A stretch of 64,000 bases of DNA from Alphaproteobacteria bacterium. Lineage in GTDB: Bacteria; Pseudomonadota; Alphaproteobacteria; GCA-2731375. The notes below the pieces were generated by a model. It was not told the origin of the DNA. It did no database searches and saw only the letters and a list, made by a program, of their open reading frames with translations. The DNA lies in NCBI GenBank assembly GCA_965232515.1, contig CBDDPY010000002.1:2368001-2432000 (forward strand), read 5' to 3'. Positions 31,574 to 42,983 of the stretch are shown piece by piece. The position numbers and the translations under genes were made by a program. The stretch's first letter is position 1; each line of letters starts with the position of its first letter.

Positions 31574-32281
31574 TTGCAGACATTAGGAGACCGGCGCCCG
31601 CCGGGCGCCAGCGTCCCCGCCTTCAACATCACGCGCGCCGTCGGCATCCTGATGGCGGTGAACGTGGCCGTGCATATCCTGCGGCTGCTGTTGCCGGGCG
31701 ACATGGCCGTGCGGCTGCTGATTTATCTCGGCTTCGCGCCCAGCAATTATTTCGACGCCACCGGGGCGTTCGCGCTGCCGGTCCTGGCGAGCGCCTATGC
31801 CGCGCCGGTGACTTACGGCTTTCTGCATGCCGACGCCATGCACCTGCTCATGAACATGGCGTTCCTGCTCGCCTTCGGCACCGGGGTCGAGCGGCGGTTG
31901 GGCGCCACGCGGTTCTTCGTCTTCTTCCTTGCCGTCCTGGTCGCCGCCACGGCCGGCACGGTGCTGATGTATCTCTATACCGGCCAGACGGTACTGGTCG
32001 TGGGCGCCTCGGGCGCGGTCTCGGGCCTGTTCGGCGCCGTGCTGCGATTCGCTTTCTCGCCGCGGCCGCATCTGCGGCCGGCCGGCCAACGACGCGCATC
32101 GAACCCGGCGCTTATCGCCGCGGTCGCCTTCGTCGCCGTCAATCTGATCTTCGGCATCAGCGGCGTCGATCCGTTCGGCGCCGTGCGGGCGATTGCCTGG
32201 GAAGCCCACCTCGCCGGCTTCGTCGCGGGCTACCTGCTGTTTCCGCTGTTCGAACCGCGACAGCGCCTGCCCGTCGACTGA
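31574..32281 (+). CDS. rhomboid family intramembrane serine protease
   Basis: TYGFLHADAMHLLMNM, GASGA (GxSG), AWEAHLAGF; TTG start after AGGAG. Confidence 0.92.
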   Translation: MQTLGDRRPPGASVPAFNITRAVGILMAVNVAVHILRLLLPGDMAVRLLIYLGFAPSNYFDATGAFALPVLASAYAAPVTYGFLHADAMHLLMNMAFLLAFGTGVERRLGATRFFVFFLAVLVAATAGTVLMYLYTGQTVLVVGASGAVSGLFGAVLRFAFSPRPHLRPAGQRRASNPALIAAVAFVAVNLIFGISGVDPFGAVRAIAWEAHLAGFVAGYLLFPLFEPRQRLPVD

Positions 32282-32356
32282 GCCGCCGCCCCGTCGGGAC
32301 TGTTGTCCCACGGCCACATCTGCTTTGATGCGGGGTCCGCAGAGCAGGGAAATCCC

Positions 32357-33463
32357 GTGAAGATAACAGCCGTCCGCACCACGCTGGTCGACGTGCCCTT
32401 CGAGGCGCCGATCCGCACCTCGATCCATCACATCTCGTCGGTCGGCTGCGTCCTGGTCAGCATCGAGACGGACGCCGGCGTCACCGGCGATGGCTATCTC
32501 TGGTCGCTCAGCGCCAAGCGCCTGGATGTGCTGAACGCCATGGTGTTGAGCCTTGCCGATCACGTCATCGGCCGCGACCCGCACGACACCGCCGCGTTCT
32601 GGGCGGCCATGTGGCGCGACGTCAATTTCTTCGGCCACAAAGGCATCCCGGTCTTCGCGATCTCGGCCATCGACATGGCCTGCTGGGACCTGGTCGGCAA
32701 GGCGAACGGCAAGCCGGTCCACAAGCTGCTGGGCGCGACGCGCGACCGCATCAAGGCCTATCACTCCGGCGGCCTCTGGGTCTCGATGCCGGTCGACGAG
32801 CTGGTGACGCAGGCCCGGCAGTTCGTCGCCGCCGGCTTCGGCGCCGTGAAGATCCGGCTGGGCAAGCCGTCGGTGACAGAGGACGTCGAACGCGTCGCCG
32901 CCGTGCGCGAGGCCATCGGCCCGGACATCGATCTGATGGCGGACGCCAACCAGGGCTTCGACGTCAATCACGCCATCCGGCTCGGCCGCGCGCTGGAGCC
33001 CTACAATCTGGCCTGGTTCGAGGAGCCGGTCATGGCCTACGACCTCGAGGGTTCGGCCCGGGTCGCGGCCGAGATCGACACGCCGATCGCCAGCGGCGAG
33101 ACGGAATACACCCGCTACGGCTTCCGCGACATGCTGGAGCGCAAATCGGCCAACGTGCTGATGCCCGACTTGCAGCGGGTCGGCGGCGTCAGCGAGTTCG
33201 TCAAGGTCGCGCACATGGCCGAGGCCTTCGACGTGCCGGTCAGCCCGCATACCTTCACCGAGCACAGCCTGCAGCTCTGCGGCGCGTTGACCAATGTGAA
33301 CTATTCCGAGCACATGCCGTGGTTCGAGACGCTGTTCAACGAGAGGCTGGAGATGGCCGACGGCTGTTTCCTGATTCCGGACCGGCCCGGGCTCGGCTTC
33401 ACCTTCAACAACGAGGCGGTCGAACGCTACCGGATCGCCGCCGACGGGGGGACGCAACCATGA
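32357..33463 (+). CDS. mandelate racemase/muconate lactonizing enzyme family protein
   Basis: SAIDMACWDLVGK, KIR, DANQG, WFEEP, ASGE, MPD, SPH, PGLG; GTG start. Confidence 0.92.
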   Translation: MKITAVRTTLVDVPFEAPIRTSIHHISSVGCVLVSIETDAGVTGDGYLWSLSAKRLDVLNAMVLSLADHVIGRDPHDTAAFWAAMWRDVNFFGHKGIPVFAISAIDMACWDLVGKANGKPVHKLLGATRDRIKAYHSGGLWVSMPVDELVTQARQFVAAGFGAVKIRLGKPSVTEDVERVAAVREAIGPDIDLMADANQGFDVNHAIRLGRALEPYNLAWFEEPVMAYDLEGSARVAAEIDTPIASGETEYTRYGFRDMLERKSANVLMPDLQRVGGVSEFVKVAHMAEAFDVPVSPHTFTEHSLQLCGALTNVNYSEHMPWFETLFNERLEMADGCFLIPDRPGLGFTFNNEAVERYRIAADGGTQP

Positions 33464-34560
33464 AGATCGCCAATATCGAAACCTTCCTCATCCGGCTGCC
33501 GTTCAAGACCGGCGCGCCGACGGAAGACCTGGGCGGCCGGTCCTGGCCGACGCTCGACAACGTCTTCGTCCGCATCGATACCGACGCCGGCATCAGCGGC
33601 TGGGGCGACGCGTTCGGCTACGGCGCTGCGGCGGCGACCAAGGCGGCCATCGACCACATCCTGACGCCGAGCCTGATCGGCCGCGACGCCCGTGACATCG
33701 CCGGCATCTCTGATCAGCTGCAGCGCGACAATCACATCTGGGGCCGCTACGGCATCACCATGTTCGCGATCAGCGGCATCGACATCGCGCTCTGGGACAT
33801 CGCCGGCAAGCGGGCGGGCCTGCCGCTGCACCAGATGCTGGGCGGCGCCGTGCGCCGGCGCGTGCCCGCCTATGCCAGCCTGTTCAAGTACCGCGATCCC
33901 GATCTGGTCGCGGAAAACACCTCGACGGCGCTGGCCGAGGGCTACGAGCACGTCAAATTGCACGAGACCGGCGTCGCCGAGACCCGCGCCGCGCGCGAGG
34001 CGGCGGGCGATGGCGTGCCGATCATGCTCGACACCAACTGTCCGTGGACGCCGCTGGAAGCCCGCGCCATGGCCCGCCAGCTCGCCGATTACGATCTCTA
34101 CTGGCTGGAGGAGCCGATCTTCCCGCCCGAAGATTTCGAGGCGCTGGCCGACCTGCAAACCGATTGCGGCATCCCGATCGCCGCCGGCGAGAACGCCTGC
34201 ACGGCCTTCGAGTTCAAAAAGATGCTGGACGCCGAGGCCGTGACCTTCGCCCAGCCCAGCGTCACCAAGGTCGGCGGCATCACCGAGTTCCGTAAGATCA
34301 TGACGCTGGCCGAGACCCACAATGCCCACGTCGTGCCGCACTCGCCCTATTTCGGCCCCGGCTTCCTCGCCACGCTGCACCTGATGGCCGCCTCGCCGAT
34401 CGACTCCCTGGTCGAGCGCTTCTATATGGAGGTCGAGGCCAGCCCCATGGGCACCTGGATCGACGCTGAGAACGGCAATTTCGAGGTGCCCGACGGCCCC
34501 GGCCTCGGCTGCGATCCCGATCCCAACGTCATTCGCGACTACGCCGATACGGGAGATTGA
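33460..34560 (+). CDS. mandelate racemase/muconate lactonizing enzyme family protein
   Basis: SGIDIALWDIAGK, KLHE, DTNCPW, WLEEP, AAGEN, QPS, PHSPY, GPGLG; ATGA overlap with the previous gene. Confidence 0.92.
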   Translation: MKIANIETFLIRLPFKTGAPTEDLGGRSWPTLDNVFVRIDTDAGISGWGDAFGYGAAAATKAAIDHILTPSLIGRDARDIAGISDQLQRDNHIWGRYGITMFAISGIDIALWDIAGKRAGLPLHQMLGGAVRRRVPAYASLFKYRDPDLVAENTSTALAEGYEHVKLHETGVAETRAAREAAGDGVPIMLDTNCPWTPLEARAMARQLADYDLYWLEEPIFPPEDFEALADLQTDCGIPIAAGENACTAFEFKKMLDAEAVTFAQPSVTKVGGITEFRKIMTLAETHNAHVVPHSPYFGPGFLATLHLMAASPIDSLVERFYMEVEASPMGTWIDAENGNFEVPDGPGLGCDPDPNVIRDYADTGD

Positions 34561-34576
34561 CTCAAGGTGAATAGAG

Positions 34577-34659
34577 CTTGACCCATCCCGCTCCCCCACC
34601 CGACCACCCACGGAAGTATGCTCAATGGGTGGTCGGGTGGGGGAGCGGGATGGGTCAAG
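34577..34659. repeat. perfect 34-bp inverted repeat (REP/MITE-like palindrome)
   Basis: CTTGACCCATCCCGCTCCCCCACCCGACCACCCA (34577-34610) / exact reverse complement (34626-34659), 15-nt loop; second hairpin CCCAGCCG-ATA-CGGCTGGG at 34662-34680. Confidence 0.9.
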
Positions 34660-34687
34660 TCCCCAGCCGATACGGCTGGGCAAACCG

Positions 34688-35689
34688 TCAGTGCACAAGC
34701 GTCTTTAGGATGCCCAGCACGCTGGCCTGATAGTTGTAGGAATTGACGCCGCCGCCGTTGTAGCGGCGCACCGCATAAGGCCAGTCGCAGCCGATCTTGT
34801 CGCGCCGTGGCACGTTGTGGAAGGCGCGGTTGAAGGACTTGCGGCTGCTTTTGTAGAGCGGCGTCTTGCCCGACTTGATGTCGATGGCGTCCGCGCTCAA
34901 CGCGCAATTGGCGCAATCCTGCATGTAGCGCGGATCGCTGGCGGAATACTTGCACTGGCGCAATGCCTCGTCGCCATACTCGACATGGCGGTCGTCGGCC
35001 CGGGCCCGCACATCGAAGGACCGGACGAAGTGATCGAACTTATCGCGCAGGATGCGGGCCGTTTCCCGCAGGTTGCTGGCGAGCGTCGCCAGTCGGCGCA
35101 GTTCCTCCACCGTCGGCGGATGGTGGAACAACGTTACCTGGCCGACGCCGTAGCCGCGCGAACGGATGCGGCCGGGGCGGCGGGGGTCGGGATCGAGCCC
35201 CATGGTCAGGAACCTGTCCTCGTCGTTGGTGCCGGGCTCGTTGAAATGCCGCATGGCGCTTTCCTGGCGCAGGATCGCCTCGACGAACTTCGGCGGCACC
35301 GGGACGCTGCCGTCGGAGATGGTCTTGCGGATGGTGCTGCCGACCCGCCGGTTGGCGGCGACGGGATCGGGCGCCGACGGCAGCTTGGGGAAGGCATCGT
35401 CGGCCATCATGTCGGCGATGCAGGCAATTAACGCCGGCCCGGCGCGGCCGTTCACCTCGCGCACCCGACGGCGATTGTAGGACTTAACCGCGACCGGCGC
35501 CTCTCCGTCGCCGGCGGCGCTGCTGCCGTCGTTGCGCATCAGGTCGTATTGCACGGCCTTCACCGAACGCTCGGTGCCGCGACCGAAGACCCCGTCGATG
35601 CCGATCCGAAGATATCCGAGGGCGCGCAACGCCTGCTGCAGCTGTCGCACTTCGTCGCCGCGATCCCCCCGCTTCAAAGCCGCCGGCAT
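34688..35689 (-). CDS. peptidoglycan-binding domain protein with putative lysozyme/transglycosylase-like domain
   Basis: PG_binding_1 (LKRGDRGDEVRQLQQAL..IDGVFGRGTERSVKAVQ); AILRQES, GYGVGQ, AVRRYNGGG motifs; GGGAGG RBS. Confidence 0.8.
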   Translation of the reverse strand: MPAALKRGDRGDEVRQLQQALRALGYLRIGIDGVFGRGTERSVKAVQYDLMRNDGSSAAGDGEAPVAVKSYNRRRVREVNGRAGPALIACIADMMADDAFPKLPSAPDPVAANRRVGSTIRKTISDGSVPVPPKFVEAILRQESAMRHFNEPGTNDEDRFLTMGLDPDPRRPGRIRSRGYGVGQVTLFHHPPTVEELRRLATLASNLRETARILRDKFDHFVRSFDVRARADDRHVEYGDEALRQCKYSASDPRYMQDCANCALSADAIDIKSGKTPLYKSSRKSFNRAFHNVPRRDKIGCDWPYAVRRYNGGGVNSYNYQASVLGILKTLVH

Positions 35690-35820
35690 ATCGTCAAACC
35701 CTCCCCCATGGCCTCCGACACGCGCTCGTACCCAGCACGCGCCCACTCGGCGTGGCGTAGTTTCCTCAAGGCCGGCGCGATTGTAAACGACCGCCCCATG
35801 CATGCCGCCATGCACAAAAA

Positions 35821-36501
35821 TCAAACGGGTTCGGCGAGAAAGAACACAGATCGCGTAGGACTTGTGAAGTCGCGCCGCAACACACGCCATCCGGCTCGCG
35901 ACAGCTTCGCCTCCAGCGCCGGCAGGCCATAACCTCGATAACCGGCCTCCCATTTGTGGCCCCAGGGATCGGCCGCCTCATCGAATCGGAACCGCTTGAA
36001 ACTATTGAACTTTTTAAAGCTGAAGGCATGCCGCAGGCGATGTGGATTGACATACAGCCGCCAGTCCAGCTGCAACCCGACATAGGGCACGGAAACGATC
36101 AGATATCGCGGCGCCGCTGCCCGAAATCTGCGCAGCACCTCGTCCACATCCGGCCAATGCAGGTGCTCGAGGGTTTCGCAGCAGATCAGGGCATCGAATC
36201 CCGCCAGGCGTTCGGCCGGCACCTCCCGTACGTCGGCCCGTATATGGTCGATTCGTGGGTGTTCGTATTGCCGCGGCAGCACGTCGAGCGTGGTGACGCG
36301 GAAGCCGGCGTTGTCCAGAAAGGCGGAAACCAATCCCAGTCCCGGACCGATCTCCAGCACGGTCTCGACATCAAGGCCCTTCAGCAGATGGACCTGAAAC
36401 CATTGATGTTGAACGCGTTTTTCCGAATAGTAGCGGAACCATTCGCGCCGCCGCGCATCGCGATCGTCACTATAGTCGCTGACACCGTCCCGTTCTGCCA
36501 T
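35821..36501 (-). CDS. class I SAM-dependent methyltransferase
   Basis: VLEIGPGLG, FDALICCETLEHL, LIVSVP. Confidence 0.88.
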   Translation of the reverse strand: MAERDGVSDYSDDRDARRREWFRYYSEKRVQHQWFQVHLLKGLDVETVLEIGPGLGLVSAFLDNAGFRVTTLDVLPRQYEHPRIDHIRADVREVPAERLAGFDALICCETLEHLHWPDVDEVLRRFRAAAPRYLIVSVPYVGLQLDWRLYVNPHRLRHAFSFKKFNSFKRFRFDEAADPWGHKWEAGYRGYGLPALEAKLSRAGWRVLRRDFTSPTRSVFFLAEPV

Positions 36502-36764
36502 GGGCGAACGGCATAGCGAAGCGGCCAGCGCAAGGCAAGAAAAAGCCCGGACGGTTGTCCGTCCGGGCTCGCGAAGCTTGAAGTGCGTTTCCTCGAACCA
36601 AAAGCTCATACCGATAGTATCACAAACTTATCGGTTTGCACGCATATCCCGCAACAATCGTACATTTTTTTAGTCTTCGGCGTCAGATCATTGCTGCGCT
36701 GCAACAATTTGACCTGGAGCGACTGGCGGTGGAATGATGCGGCCTCAAGCGAGGGGATAGCGTC

Positions 36765-37664
36765 ATGGCGGATATACCGTTCAACCGCGAGCTCGAGTTC
36801 ACCCACGGCGAGGTCGACCAGGTCTCGCCGCTGATCCGTCGGGTTATCGCCAACAACCCCAGCGCCTTTACGTTCCACGGTACCGGCACCTACATCGTCG
36901 GGCACGGCAACGTCGCCGTGATCGACCCCGGTCCGGACATGCCCGACCATGTCGACGCCCTGATGCGGGCCATCGACGGCGAGACGGTGACCCACATCGT
37001 CATCACCCACACGCACCGGGATCACTCGCCGGCGGCCAAGGCGCTGCAGGCCGCCACCGGCGCGCCGACCTACGGCTACGGCCCGCACGGCTCCGGCCGC
37101 GGCGGCGTCGCCGGCGAGCAGGTCGAGGAAGGCGCCGACTGGGACTTCGATCCCGACCACAAGGTCGGCGACGGCGACAGCATTGCCGGCGACGGCTGGA
37201 CGCTGGAGGCGGTCTGGACGCCGGGCCACACCTCGAACCACCTCTGCTTCGGCCTCGCCGAGGAGAAGGCGCTGTTCACGGGCGACCATGTCATGGGCTG
37301 GTCGACGACCATCGTGTCGCCGCCCGACGGCGACATGCGCCGCTACATCGACAGCCTGCGCAAGCTGCTGCCGCGCGACGACGTGCGTTATTGGCCGACG
37401 CACGGCGCGCCGATCGACGATCCGCAGAATTACGTCCGCGCCTACATCGCGCACCGCGAGCAGCGCGAACGGCAGATCCTCGAATGCCTGTCACACGGTG
37501 TCGACCGGATCCCGGACATGGTGACGCGCATGTATGCCGACATACCGGTCGGCCTGCACCGCGCCGCCGGCCGCTCGGTGCTCTCGCACCTGATCCACCT
37601 GGTCGAGGACGGCCGCGTCAACTGCGACGGCGAGCCCAACCCCGACGCCAGTTACACGCTCTAA
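36765..37664 (+). CDS. MBL-fold metallo-hydrolase (LACTB2-like, with C-terminal winged helix)
   Basis: THTHRDH, TPGHTSNH, TGDHVMG, PTHG motifs. Confidence 0.92.
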   Translation: MADIPFNRELEFTHGEVDQVSPLIRRVIANNPSAFTFHGTGTYIVGHGNVAVIDPGPDMPDHVDALMRAIDGETVTHIVITHTHRDHSPAAKALQAATGAPTYGYGPHGSGRGGVAGEQVEEGADWDFDPDHKVGDGDSIAGDGWTLEAVWTPGHTSNHLCFGLAEEKALFTGDHVMGWSTTIVSPPDGDMRRYIDSLRKLLPRDDVRYWPTHGAPIDDPQNYVRAYIAHREQRERQILECLSHGVDRIPDMVTRMYADIPVGLHRAAGRSVLSHLIHLVEDGRVNCDGEPNPDASYTL

Positions 37665-37687
37665 GGAAGCCGCCCTCGGCGCCGCCC

Positions 37688-39328
<1,641 letters not shown>

Positions 39329-39471
39329 GGAAACCTCCCCACCCACAGTTCTCTGATTGGCGTCGAACGGCCGGCAATCGCTTCCGGCCGACGGCTTGGG
39401 CCAGTCTATAGCGTAAGGCGCCTTGGCGGGTAAAGCAGATGGGTTAACGGTCGGATCCGAGCCGATCGGGC

Positions 39472-40182
39472 TCAGCGGCAGGCGGCGACGAAGGCCTGAA
39501 ATACCGCGTTTCCCGGGTGCTCGCTGCCGGCATAGCGCTCCTGATGCCATTGCAGGCCGAGGGCGAAGGTCCGGTCCGACAACTCGATGGCCTCGATCAC
39601 CTGGTCCGGCGCGACGGCTGACACGGTCACACCCTCGGCGGCGGCGATAACCGCCTCTTGATGCAGCGAGTTCACCTCGAATTCCTCGACCCCGACGATG
39701 TCGCGGAGCCGGGCGCCGGCCCTTACCGAGACGGTGTGCCGGGCGGCCGGGTCGTCATGCGGGATGGTGGTTGTCGGCAATGCGCCGACGTCGGGCGTGA
39801 GCTTGCAGCCGTGCAAACCCGCCAGCATCTGCATGCCGCCGCAGAGACCCAGCACCGGCTTGTCGCGGGCCAGGAAACCCACCATCAGATCACGCTCGAA
39901 ACCGGACCGCTCGGAGTCGGGCGCCCGCGAAGCCTCGCCGTCGGGATACCAGTCAGCCGGGAACGCGAACCGGCTGCCGGTTGACAGCAGGCCGTCGAAC
40001 CCATCGATGACCGTGTCGACCAGCGCCGGCAGGTAGGGGATGCCGAGCGGCACGCCGCCAGCCAGATCGATGGCGCGAAAGCAGGTCTTCGACAGCTCGT
40101 AGCGACTGGCGTCCCCGCTGGTGTTCTCGTCCAGGATCACCGCGATCAACGGCCGCGGGCCATGCTCCGACAGGCTCAGCAC
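39472..40182 (-). CDS. gamma-glutamyl-gamma-aminobutyrate hydrolase family (peptidase C26)
   Basis: [11 protein letters not shown] nucleophile elbow, [15 protein letters not shown]. Confidence 0.88.
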   Translation of the reverse strand: MLSLSEHGPRPLIAVILDENTSGDASRYELSKTCFRAIDLAGGVPLGIPYLPALVDTVIDGFDGLLSTGSRFAFPADWYPDGEASRAPDSERSGFERDLMVGFLARDKPVLGLCGGMQMLAGLHGCKLTPDVGALPTTTIPHDDPAARHTVSVRAGARLRDIVGVEEFEVNSLHQEAVIAAAEGVTVSAVAPDQVIEAIELSDRTFALGLQWHQERYAGSEHPGNAVFQAFVAACR

Positions 40183-40200
40183 GGCGGCATTATGCCGTAA

Positions 40201-42843
40201 TCAGCGCTTGCCGAAATAGATGCCGCCCGCCTGATAGGACGGCGCCGAGTTGCTGTCATAGACCTCGAAGTCACCGGCGGTGTTGAAGGGCGGCGTGCCG
40301 GGACCGAAGAAAGAGCCGCGCATCACCCCGTTCAGGCTGCCGAAGCCGGGCCGGCTGCCGGAGATGGTCGCCGTGTAGTTGGGACCGGCCAGACTTGGCG
40401 AGGAGACCAGCGCGTAGGTGCCATCGTCGAAGTTGTTGATGTTCAGCGACGTCATCTGCACGTTGCCGGCGGCGATGTTGAACTGCATGCTGATATTGCC
40501 GAAGGCCTGATAGATGTTGCCGCCGGTATGGACGGTGCCGACGATGGTGCCGGTATAGGTTGCCGCCGTGGTGGTGGCGAACTGCGCCGTGTTGGCGACC
40601 TCGCCCGCCACCCAGGTGGCCAGATGCACGTCCGTGTGGGTGCCGTCGGATTCCGTGGATTCGACGCCCCAGAAGCCCCAGCGCACGAAGTCGCAACTGC
40701 AAATCGTCACGCCCGGCGGTAAGGCCGATCCGAACTTCACCCCTTCATGGGTGGTGAAATAGGCCTGATTATCGAGGAAATTGCCGCCGTCGACGCTGCC
40801 CGGACCTGACGCCGATTCGATGGCGCCGAACAGGTAATCGTCGATGAAGGCGCTGCGCTCCATGGCGCCGGCGCCGCCGAACGGCACCGTCAGGTTGTCG
40901 AAGCCGCCGAGTACCAGCGAGTCGCCGGTCAGCACGCCGGACACCCGGTTGGTGGCGGCGTCGGTGTTGACCGAGATCATGGCGACGTCGTTCTCGTCGG
41001 TGCGAAACGCCTGCACGTCGATCAACACGTTCGAGGCACTGATGTTCTCGGCGACGCCCCCGGTGAAGCCGATCATGTTCTTGGTCGTGTGCGGTCCGCC
41101 GACCGGCCCGGCCGGCACCCGCTTCGTCGGATTGTTGGCGAAGAAGGTGTTGGTGGCTCCCCGCGGACCGCCATCGATGCCCGGGTCGCCGCCGACGTCG
41201 CTGGCGTCGACCTCGTTGCCTTCCAGCACGAAATTGTTCGGCCCGTTGGCGCCGAAGAAATCGACGCCGGCGACGTCGCCCGTCGAGACGCCGCCCTCGA
41301 AGATATTGAAGCGGCTGTTGGCGACAAAACGGGACGAGCCGCGCATCTCACCGCGCAGAAACGATCGGCCGAGGCCGTCGGTGGCAATCTCGCCGGTGGT
41401 CAGGCTGATGGCCGAGCGCTGCAGCGGGCCCTTGCCATCGATGACGCCGGACGGCATGTGAAAGGCACGGATCGCGCCCGCCTGGCTATCGTCCCAGTAG
41501 ATGTAGGCACGGGTATCGAGATTGGGATCGATGCTGCCGCCGAGACCCGGGGGTATGAACGGGATTCGATTGCCGCCGAGCGCGAAGTCTTCCTTGACCT
41601 CGTAAACAGTGGCGCCGGTATCCGGCAACCCGGCCTCCGGCGTCGGCACGCCGGCGAACAGGATGGTGCGCCCGTTGCCCACCAGCTCGTACAGCACAAC
41701 GTCGAGATCGTCGCTGATGAAGACCTCGCCCGTCACCTCGCCATAGGGGCTGAGGTTGGTTCCAAAGGCGCCGGACAGCGTCGTGTCGCCGGCGATGCCG
41801 GGAAAGAACAGATCGAAATTGCCCTGCGGCGTCGTCGCCGTGAAGCGGTTGTTGACGACGCTGATGTTCGAAAGCTGCAGGTCGTTCAGCGACGTGCCGT
41901 CCAACGTGCCGACCAGAATGTTGAGACCGCGCTTGGACCGGCCCTTGAAGCCGCCGGCGGTGAAGTTGACGGCGTCGTTGACCTGCTGTGACAGCGTTTG
42001 AAACTGGCTGGCGTCCTTGACAAAGCCGTCAGGCGGCGGTGGCGGCAACGGCCCGCCAGCGCCCGGCCCCGGACCGGATCCGGGTTTCGGCGCGGCGCCG
42101 GTGCCGGCGATCTGCTTGGGCGGCAATTGCGAGCCCAGCGTGGCGATCTGCGTGTCGGCGACGTTCTCGTCCGACACGAACACGTCAGGCTGCTGCAGCG
42201 GTCCTTCCGGCGGCGCCTCGAAGCCGCCGAGGTCGCTCGACATCTGCGGCGGACTGACGGGCGCCGGCGGTTGCGGCGGTGCCTGAGGGGGCACCACGAT
42301 ACGCGAGCCGGGCCGCACCGCCGTCTTGGTCACGCCGTTGCTAGTGACCTGCAGGCTCTCGCCGAATAGGAACGTGGCGGTGACCTCCTCGCCGACGGTG
42401 ATCGAGGCGATGCCGCCGCGAATGCCGATCACGGCGTTCGGCGTCTTCAGCGTAATCGGGCGTTTCTTGCTGATCTTTCCGCCGACAACGCGGAACACGC
42501 CCTTCGCGGCCGAGAACACGAGCTCGCCCGTCTTGGCATCGGGGTCGTAGACGAACTTATCGAGCACGACATCGGAGTTCGGGCCGATCGTCAGCGCCGA
42601 GCCGTCGAAGAACAGAAGCTGCGCCTTGCCGCCCTCGTCGGTCTGGACCCGCTCGTTGACGAAGACGTCGATGCCGACCTTCAGGACCCGGGCGTCTTCC
42701 TGGGGCGGGATGCCGCGGGCGGGCGGCAGGACGGCCGCGGCGACGCCGGCTTCGTTGCTAGCGCCGGCGTGCTGCGGCCAACAGACGATCGTCGCGATCA
42801 CCCCGGCGGCGCAGGCACGCAAAAACTTCCGATAGGTAACCAT
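40201..42843 (-). CDS. large secreted FecR-domain protein with C-terminal TbpB-like beta-barrel
   Basis: Signal peptide; FecR domain (ERVQTDEGGKAQLLFFDGS..GPNS..KTPNAVIGIRGG); Pro-rich linker; C-terminal ATYTG...GSFFGP..AGDF..GGIYFGKR. Confidence 0.82.
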   Translation of the reverse strand: MVTYRKFLRACAAGVIATIVCWPQHAGASNEAGVAAAVLPPARGIPPQEDARVLKVGIDVFVNERVQTDEGGKAQLLFFDGSALTIGPNSDVVLDKFVYDPDAKTGELVFSAAKGVFRVVGGKISKKRPITLKTPNAVIGIRGGIASITVGEEVTATFLFGESLQVTSNGVTKTAVRPGSRIVVPPQAPPQPPAPVSPPQMSSDLGGFEAPPEGPLQQPDVFVSDENVADTQIATLGSQLPPKQIAGTGAAPKPGSGPGPGAGGPLPPPPPDGFVKDASQFQTLSQQVNDAVNFTAGGFKGRSKRGLNILVGTLDGTSLNDLQLSNISVVNNRFTATTPQGNFDLFFPGIAGDTTLSGAFGTNLSPYGEVTGEVFISDDLDVVLYELVGNGRTILFAGVPTPEAGLPDTGATVYEVKEDFALGGNRIPFIPPGLGGSIDPNLDTRAYIYWDDSQAGAIRAFHMPSGVIDGKGPLQRSAISLTTGEIATDGLGRSFLRGEMRGSSRFVANSRFNIFEGGVSTGDVAGVDFFGANGPNNFVLEGNEVDASDVGGDPGIDGGPRGATNTFFANNPTKRVPAGPVGGPHTTKNMIGFTGGVAENISASNVLIDVQAFRTDENDVAMISVNTDAATNRVSGVLTGDSLVLGGFDNLTVPFGGAGAMERSAFIDDYLFGAIESASGPGSVDGGNFLDNQAYFTTHEGVKFGSALPPGVTICSCDFVRWGFWGVESTESDGTHTDVHLATWVAGEVANTAQFATTTAATYTGTIVGTVHTGGNIYQAFGNISMQFNIAAGNVQMTSLNINNFDDGTYALVSSPSLAGPNYTATISGSRPGFGSLNGVMRGSFFGPGTPPFNTAGDFEVYDSNSAPSYQAGGIYFGKR

Positions 42844-42983
42844 GCCCGGTAAGCTAACCGGGCAACCTTAATGAAGCTTAACTCCGAGCAGCAATTTTCC
42901 GACGATCCGGCGCCGGCTTTGACTTCACCTGCAGTTGGCAGTCAAATGGAGCCGCGCCCCACGACAGGTAAGGATCTGACCTC

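Noticed and set aside
29736-34560. Apparent long fusions in the ORF track (29736..30854 and 32611..34560)
   Set aside because: N-terminal parts are out-of-frame overlaps with the upstream genes; real starts are the ATGA-coupled ATGs at 30312 and 33460
28819-36700. Possible genomic island integrated at tRNA-Pro
   Set aside because: No integrase or mobility genes, no duplicate of the tRNA 3' end spotted, and most downstream genes have host-like composition
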